Below are positions 32,901 to 38,601 of a DNA stretch of 38,601 nt, piece by piece. A program made the translations under genes and the position numbers. The stretch is from positions 1 to 38,601 of the forward strand of contig JALDZS010000210.1 in the NCBI GenBank assembly GCA_022813965.1, read 5' to 3'. Numbering within the stretch: the first letter of the stretch is position 1; each line of letters starts with the position of its first letter. The stretch is from Toensbergia leucococca (Eukaryota). The notes under the pieces were generated by a model. It saw nothing but the letters and a program-made list of their open reading frames with translations. It was not told the origin of the DNA and made no database searches.

Positions 32901-34687
32901 GTCGAAGTGTCTCTGTTAAGAATACAGCTTTTAATCCAGAGGCGTCAAGGCCCTCAATGCCGTATTTAATGGATGACTCAGCTTCGAGTGCAGCGCCTAC
33001 ACCACCGTTGAAGGACACGCCTCTACAGGACAGCGAGACACCAGAAGCTTCCGACTACTTCCCACCTATCGTTCCTTTGAAGCAGAAGCCTCGAGGCGAT
33101 ACCATTACTAGGGAAGACCTTATTCAAGTACGGCCACCAATGTTTCCTTCGCTCAGCACTGATATGAGACCTGACGATTATGAGAGCGACCGCCTTCGAA
33201 GAGAGATAGTAAAGACTCTCAGTCCAGGAGGGTATAATGAGTCTATCACAAGCTCAGTGCAGGACGATGCAAGACAATCGGCCAACACAAGTCCTAGGGG
33301 TCCAGGACACGAGAGTATGGTGATACCAAGAGAGTACGACAGTTATTGGAATGGATCCAGTAGCGGCGATGAGCAAAGTCAACGTAGCAGTCACAGTCAT
33401 GTCGGCAGTGAAACCAAGATAAATGCTCAACACGGTGGAGCTCCAAATGTTGTCCCATTGATTGCAGAAGCCCAGCAAAGAACAACATCTAGAGATTTGC
33501 ACGATACGGGCGAGACGCAAGCCAGGCCTGGTTTATTGACACAACGATTCTCGTGGGAACAGGAGTCAGCTGAAGGCGCCACTCCACGACAGACGCCAAT
33601 TGCTGACGTGCCTGTCGATTCTTCAGCTACAAATCCAAAGCCACCTAGCCACGATCAGACTGTAGTTCCAGCTGAACAATCAAACATACTAGGCACCGAG
33701 AGAAACCATGTATCACCGTCACAGATAGGATCCGAAGAACTTGACAAGGATAGTCAAATCACGCTTGATACCGTACCACTCGGCCGGAAACCAGATATGT
33801 CGGGCTCTCCATCTGAACGGGAATTCTCCAGCACGCGCATAGACTTATCGGGTAACGAAGAGACCCCATATCGTCAAAGTGGTGCATCTAGTGATGATAT
33901 TAATCTTCCCGGCTATGTTGGCGGTCTCGAGGTATTTGAGCCATCGTCGGAGAAACAAACGTACGATGACTCCTCGGACGTTAGGACTCATCCCGAGGCC
34001 TCAGATGATACTCTATCTCGGGGTTCCATTCCACCCGAAGACGACCATAGACAAGAACCCAAGTCTTACGGCAGTGCAGGTTTGGCAAGGCCTTCCGATG
34101 CTGGTGTACTACCGACATTGCCTCCGTCAAACAACCAAACCAAGATCCCCGCTTTCCGTGAAATACTCGCGTTGAAGACATCAACTGATCGTATTCGAGC
34201 TTACAATGAAACTCGTGAGCAATTTGCGAACATGGAAACTGGGCTCGCTCATTGGATTGCTACGACTACAAACGAGCTTCCTGAACATGCCCACCTCTTA
34301 ACGCAGACAGGAAAGCCTGCAGCAGGTGGCATGGGGTACAAGCCGTCTCACATAAGAGCTAAGCTATCAGGGTTGCGTCCGGCTGGAGCGCAGTCGGGGC
34401 AGCTACCATACTATCAACAATACCTCAACGCTAGCTCTCAGCAAGGAGCACCAGATGCTACGCCTGGTTCGCCCAGTACATTAAGTGGCCCTTCAACAAA
34501 AGGCTATTCACCATCTATTAGTGCCGGGGGTAAGCTGTCAACTCAACAAGTGCAGATAAAAGGGAAGGATCTTTTGCACTCGGCAGGAGTTTTCGGAGGT
34601 AAGGCAAACGTTGCTGCCAAAGGCCTATTTTCAAAGGGAAGGAGCAAATTCAGGGGGAGTGGTGGTCCAGATAAGGTAGATAAATGA
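29969..34687 (+). CDS. Large intrinsically disordered fungal protein (1572 aa, unspliced form) with N-terminal motif reminiscent of yeast Fyv8
   Basis: Uninterrupted 4.7-kb ORF. Conserved-looking islands are FKTNVNRAKTKRWVEAKSYSYDGDDWG, LPFVRPADIYRRMQEEKE, GFRSVVNQAFD, FRPRLPGGWESF, DRLRREIVKTLSP, RFSWE and KGKDLLHSAGVFGGKA...KGLFSKGRSKFR. Confidence 0.9.
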   Translation: MSHPAGQPTSFKTNVNRAKTKRWVEAKSYSYDGDDWGDVDEYDEYGGYDEPPAPPKPAGLRQQGQSANRDFDQGPPSGVQQGSLDDGGQTYGNIGGPPPQQQQYGARSVTNPQRPYYSDMGRSSSFDRGDERRAFSAGGPEYGMASPNQAPYHHPPPQQEQPPATRLPSLGVDTRSYNASIPQDVHPPGQPYQTQPRQYQTGPSLSSQAQDRPSMDSQTRNTELVHPPAVNYRGVSYSDQPHRTSTGSRTQSMNSNSPSLDIHNRRDFSPSAMPPPLHTRASPPPHGSAETQLSNRFPPRKSSLNRQDSPTLPNLGQASSMLSGPLTSFDASVDPEDSLALTKERASSTFSKPLPFVRPADIYRRMQEEKEREKQSQSSSRPSMNAVIDSSNEPEINPSSSHAGKRLELDSTGREAPRSVNANRLAGDEIGRRSQEPFDPESGTSFDDFSRKNSSSAAKTNSTTPTALEETRPNVHDKIQDDYGTQQSRLPDVPHVSGFGESFLGTPNDTGADRTSSPVASGWHSHPAINPSIQPPESSDLQHQPSLGFRSVVNQAFDVPDDQAPPTPSSTVVRTNSESTSGVSPIMSRGPSTATAESKSREAESRAISTPMIPEEVSEFRSKRASSSTPRYETGSRPASSSTLGTPRQIVRKPSPSQNARPESGDSVPTSFIPGHRRNISTPSPDNSPARTPTLEAISQLRQPQAAELAINPGARGPEYAHDETRSPTSDYAARESEPDSAISQGSDMRSAVIAAATSDPRTSFLEKRKGGSVGGMSIVSVDSSGERADSPSKSRVRDLAGRFESGDSNSRNSDQSLPLRGGVSTASSQRLNELSQARPLADRMESFRPRLPGGWESFASNAPSTPPNRQNTFSSDDPAEQVVISDTAQQHEAKMDTPVTARLAERKKVDQSSISKDEESSSDPYSILAAAGTALAGALVAAAGMDHHESSTNAGLETPPSGHQSPQDSEGHGAVRGRSVSVKNTAFNPEASRPSMPYLMDDSASSAAPTPPLKDTPLQDSETPEASDYFPPIVPLKQKPRGDTITREDLIQVRPPMFPSLSTDMRPDDYESDRLRREIVKTLSPGGYNESITSSVQDDARQSANTSPRGPGHESMVIPREYDSYWNGSSSGDEQSQRSSHSHVGSETKINAQHGGAPNVVPLIAEAQQRTTSRDLHDTGETQARPGLLTQRFSWEQESAEGATPRQTPIADVPVDSSATNPKPPSHDQTVVPAEQSNILGTERNHVSPSQIGSEELDKDSQITLDTVPLGRKPDMSGSPSEREFSSTRIDLSGNEETPYRQSGASSDDINLPGYVGGLEVFEPSSEKQTYDDSSDVRTHPEASDDTLSRGSIPPEDDHRQEPKSYGSAGLARPSDAGVLPTLPPSNNQTKIPAFREILALKTSTDRIRAYNETREQFANMETGLAHWIATTTNELPEHAHLLTQTGKPAAGGMGYKPSHIRAKLSGLRPAGAQSGQLPYYQQYLNASSQQGAPDATPGSPSTLSGPSTKGYSPSISAGGKLSTQQVQIKGKDLLHSAGVFGGKANVAAKGLFSKGRSKFRGSGGPDKVDK

Positions 34688-34937
34688 ACTCATCTCTTTC
34701 CTGCTTTTTACTTTGGTTTTATTTTCTCTATACCATGTTGCACGAGCGAATGATATCAAAATCTGCTTTTGAGAGCGGCGTTTGTGGTTTTATATGCCAG
34801 CACATGTATTTTTATGAGCAGATATCGAATGTCAGAATCTCAGGCGTGGTCTGATTGATCGCCATTCATGGCAATGTTGATTACTTCTGCGAGTTGTGTC
34901 CCAAGATGAAGTGATTGATACTGGTGTGTGCCCCTAG

Positions 34938-37900
34938 GCTCCGATCCCTTCCCCTATGCCCGATGCATTTCCGCGAGGAATACAGCCACAAACTCAGCCC
35001 GAGCATGAGCCACACCCAAGTTCTAGGTCTGTATCCGAAGGTCAACCTGACCCAGAAGTTCCTTCAAGAAACCAATCAATACCCAGTCGACCACTATCAT
35101 TCGTTGCTTTTTCGGCCTCTATCGCAACGCCTCAGAGTCTCACTGAAGCGTCAAATCATCAGTCAAATTCTGTCCCTACAAACGTTCTCGAGCACAGTCA
35201 GCGTCTACATGATGATGACGTCATCAATGGGCCTGTACAAGGCGTTGGATCTACAGTCGATCGACAGCTGAGTCGCAGTTCGACAGCAGAGGCCGATGCA
35301 AGGCAGGATGGCATTCAGACAGCAGCATCAGATCACCCAATCAGCCCTATCATAATTGGTGATGCTGCTCCAATATTCCCACACCAAACACCCACTGCAG
35401 AGTCATTTATCGGATACTCGGAAGATTCATTTGGTCAAACTCTAACACAAGCCAAAATAGAGAACCTGGATCGCGACCGTAAGGCTGGTCGCTCTCAGGG
35501 CATCACAGAGAGTGCTGTTGAGCCCGTCAATAATCCAGACGATCTGACCTACGATCATCGCCCTGGTATCGTGACTGCCCGACGGCCTGGGACTGCAGAA
35601 ACAAGAGAAGACTTCCAGGCGCTCGAGAAGCCTTTTGATCAAAACTCACTTCAAGCCCAACGTAGCATTAACACTTCAAGTCAACTCCCCTTGACCAAAG
35701 GGACACAATTAACACCACTTACTAGTGATGAACAATTGAGGGTGTCTACCCACAAAAACGCCCCGGGTCAGCCCGAACAGCTCAAAGTCTCCGAGGAGTT
35801 CAATGGTACCTTTCATTCCTCAGACGACGCCATGAAACTTCCTTTTCTTTCAAGATCCCCTGTCCAATCGCCTAAAAAGAGTAGAGCTTCTACACAGGCT
35901 ATTTTGCAGGAGAGAATGGGGCAGAATCAGCAATATGAGCAGCGAAGTCCACGGACACTTGCACCACTGCCACTCGATTCATCTATAGCTAGTACCTATC
36001 AGAACACAGGAATTAGACCCTTTTCTTTCATTCAGGACTCTCGCGACCAGCCGACACAACCACCGCTAGGACATTCACGCCAAGGGCCGAGCATCGATAG
36101 TGTTCATGATCGAATTGATAGGGATCGTCCCCCTTCACCAGTGTCCCCTGTGAGACAGGACACAGTAGATCACCAACCGCCTCCAATCTACTATGGCACC
36201 AATTACGACTTCGGACCAGAAGATGGTAATAGTGTACCGAGTCGCAATCGGTCATTTTCGCGGCCATTCCAAGACCCTAATATTCACCAACACCCAGCTT
36301 TTCGACAAGAGGGCTCACCAGGAGAAGATACCGATATGCCTACAGATTACTACCCAGCCCAAATCAAACGGGAGGAAGCCGTCTTCCCGCGCCAGCAAGC
36401 AACAGAGTATCAACTTGAAGGTATCGGGCCGCCGATTGCAGAAACGGTTGAGAGCAAGCCGAGATCCAGGCGTAGTTCTCGAGGCTCTGCCTTCTTTAAT
36501 ATGCTTACTAGTCCATCTAAGGTAGAGACTCCACCAGTACCTGTTAGTTCAGGGTTTCCTGGCCCAGCTTCGGCTACTGCATCCCCTATTACTCGTGAGA
36601 AGAAATCCAAGAGACTTAGCCTGTTTCGCTCCCTTACTGGCCATGCTGGAAGCGATCGTGGTAGCGGAAGCGATCGTGAACAGGGTAGGGACAGCATGGT
36701 GGCACAAAGTGCGAGGCCTCGATATGATCCATCACATCAATCCCCTTCTGCAACAGGAGTGCCTGGCGCAACCGACAATACTTCAAGAAGCAAATTAACC
36801 AAATCTCGCAACAAGCTCCAGAGAGCATCAGGACCCGGCACTACAGATCAAGACCCCGGTAAGAAGAAGCGGTTCTCCGCCTTTGGAGTAAGTGCCCAAA
36901 CACAATCCAAGAAAAACTCTAGAAAAGTAATCTAAACTCTCACAGAGCCTCTTCGGCCGCTCCAATTCAAAGAAATCCACACCAGCGAGTCCAACCGTGC
37001 AATCAGCTCACCCTCGCCTACCATCGCAGCAACCCTTGCAGCAACCTCCACCTCTCAACCAGCAGCCGCCACAAACCTACTACGATGAACCCTCCCCGCC
37101 ACTGGGCCAAAACATAGGCTACTACTCACCCCGCAACGATTATGACCAACATCCTCCGGGAAGCTACGACCAGCCACCTCCAGGTGGTTACTACGACCCC
37201 TCGCGCCGCGCCATAAGTCCCTCCCAACGTTTCAGCTCCCCAGATCCATCCGCTCTGAATCGGCGCTCATCCCCAGACTCCCGATCCTACGCCAGCCCAC
37301 GATATCTTTCCCCGACGCAACCGTCAGCCCTGCAATACTCACCCCAGAACGCCTCCACCTCTCCTCGCACCTCCATCTCAGCTCATAATCGCAGCCCAAG
37401 CCGTGGTCGCTCCACAGCTGACGTTCCTCCACAAACACGCCTTTCATGGAGCCCCGAACAAGGATATCTAGACCACCACATCTCGCACGCCCGCTCTCCA
37501 AGCCGTCACTCGCATCGCGCTCCCTCTCCAGTCCCACCAACATTCCTCCCCCAAACAACCTACGCTCCACCTCAACCCATTTCCGCCCCAGCTCACTATC
37601 CGCAAAGCTACGCTTCATCTCCACCAAACTATACTCAACCATCCCAATCCCGCACACCATCCCCGCTCCCTCCCCCACCTCCACCAAAAGACTCCCGCTA
37701 CACCCCCTTTCCCCGCCCTCAAACCCTTCCCCCTCTTCAAACCTCCCTTCCAACCCCCAACCAAACGACCCCCATCCAGCACCGCAACCCCAAGTCTCCC
37801 CTCGAACGCAAAGCACGCCAAGAAGAAATCGAGCGCTTGGGCATTAGTGATGGGTCACGATGGTCAGGTCGAAGGGGGAGTGCGAGGCAGAGTGGTGGCG

Positions 37901-37989
37901 AGGAGGAGGTCGTTGTGATGAGCAGTACTAGCTATCCTGGGCAGGAATGGAGACCGGAGGGTTTGGGTGCTGGGTGGGAGGGTGAATGA
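34938..37989 (+). CDS. Disordered Pro/Ser-rich coding region, join(34938..36887,36946..37989); either the spliced 3' extension of the 29969 gene or a separate gene starting at ATG 34956
   Basis: Two long ORFs are joined in phase 0 by intron 36888-36945 (GTAAGT...CTAAAC...CAG), giving KKKRFSAFG|SLFGRS. The C-terminal motif is MSSTSYPGQEWRP. A TAG acceptor at 34935-34937 is in frame with the upstream donor at 34676. Confidence 0.82.
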
Positions 37990-38601
37990 TTTTATTGGGA
38001 ATTTTTGTGAGGGTTTGGCTGGTTTTAAAAGCTTTTTAGGTACTGGTGGTGTATGCTTTTGGCTTGGAATGATCTGGGGATTCTGTTGGTTTGGGGTTTT
38101 TGCCTTTTTTTTGGGCGGCGGATTGGGGAGGGTTGGAGGGTAAAGCTATTCAAAAGATTTTTTTCTTCGAGACAAAAATTTATGGATTTTTTTATTGTGA
38201 TTGGAATTTGTGTGTGAGGTCTGCTGCTGCTGGCTGGGGTGATGTGTGTCGGTGATGGAGTTTACATTGGAAGATTTTTTTTCTTCTTTTTTATCTTTTT
38301 TTGTGTTTTTTTTGGGGAGGCTCTTTTGGGTGGGGGGATTCTTTGATAACTCTTTAGATTTAGATTCAAATTGCCCGTGTAAGATTTATCACGTTTCCGT
38401 TTTTCCGGTTTTTTGCTTTGCTTGCGTGCGTGCGTTGCGTGTTAGATAGATTCAGTTTTTTTAAATTACCTCGATGACTTTTTAATTCATATGATCATGA
38501 CGATGGGATTGACAGGATTTTTTCTTTTCTTTCTTATTTTCTTTTACTGTTTTCTTTTTTTTTTTTTTTTTTTTTTGAGAGGGGGGTGTGAGCGATACGT
38601 T
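37990..38601. repeat. T/G-rich low-complexity 3' flank with long poly-T tract
   Basis: Multiple T runs, including more than 20 consecutive T at about 38555-38577. Confidence 0.75.

Noticed and set aside
34676..34937. Intronic box C/D snoRNA in the long intron (also considered for the TPT1 intron)
   Set aside because: I could not identify a proper RTGATGA/CTGA pair with a terminal stem.
1..38601. tRNA, rRNA, CRISPR array, Starship captain or secondary-metabolite backbone gene
   Set aside because: None was recognisable by eye: no cloverleaf, no repeat-spacer array, and no tyrosine recombinase, PKS or NRPS motifs.

Overview
Gene-dense, intron-containing window from a filamentous ascomycete (Pezizomycotina). 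A lichen-forming Lecanoromycete-like origin is only an impression. I reconstructed about 14 protein-coding genes, most with explicit GT-AG introns. Conserved or recognisable enzymes and housekeeping genes: TPT1, an SDR oxidoreductase, EFG1, SEA4/MIOS, a GH5 glucanase, a LYC1-like GNAT, SCS3/FIT and SED5. There are also two large disordered proteins. Accessory-looking genes lie between them: a HeLo-like/Cys-rich/ankyrin protein with no NACHT domain, a class-III-aminotransferase-like protein with a Cys/His tail, an F-box protein, and a small Cys-rich ORF that starts with TTG. Two diverged non-autonomous pogo/Tc2-type DNA transposons (TA target site, CCGTA termini) each keep only the transposase C-terminus, with Trp codons changed to TGA. 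Other notable signals are a splice donor inside the last codons of a 1572-aa ORF that can extend it in frame to about 2566 aa, and repeated abrupt C-rich to G/T-rich strand-skew switches that cut through coding sequences. All family assignments are from motif recognition by eye; no database search was run.
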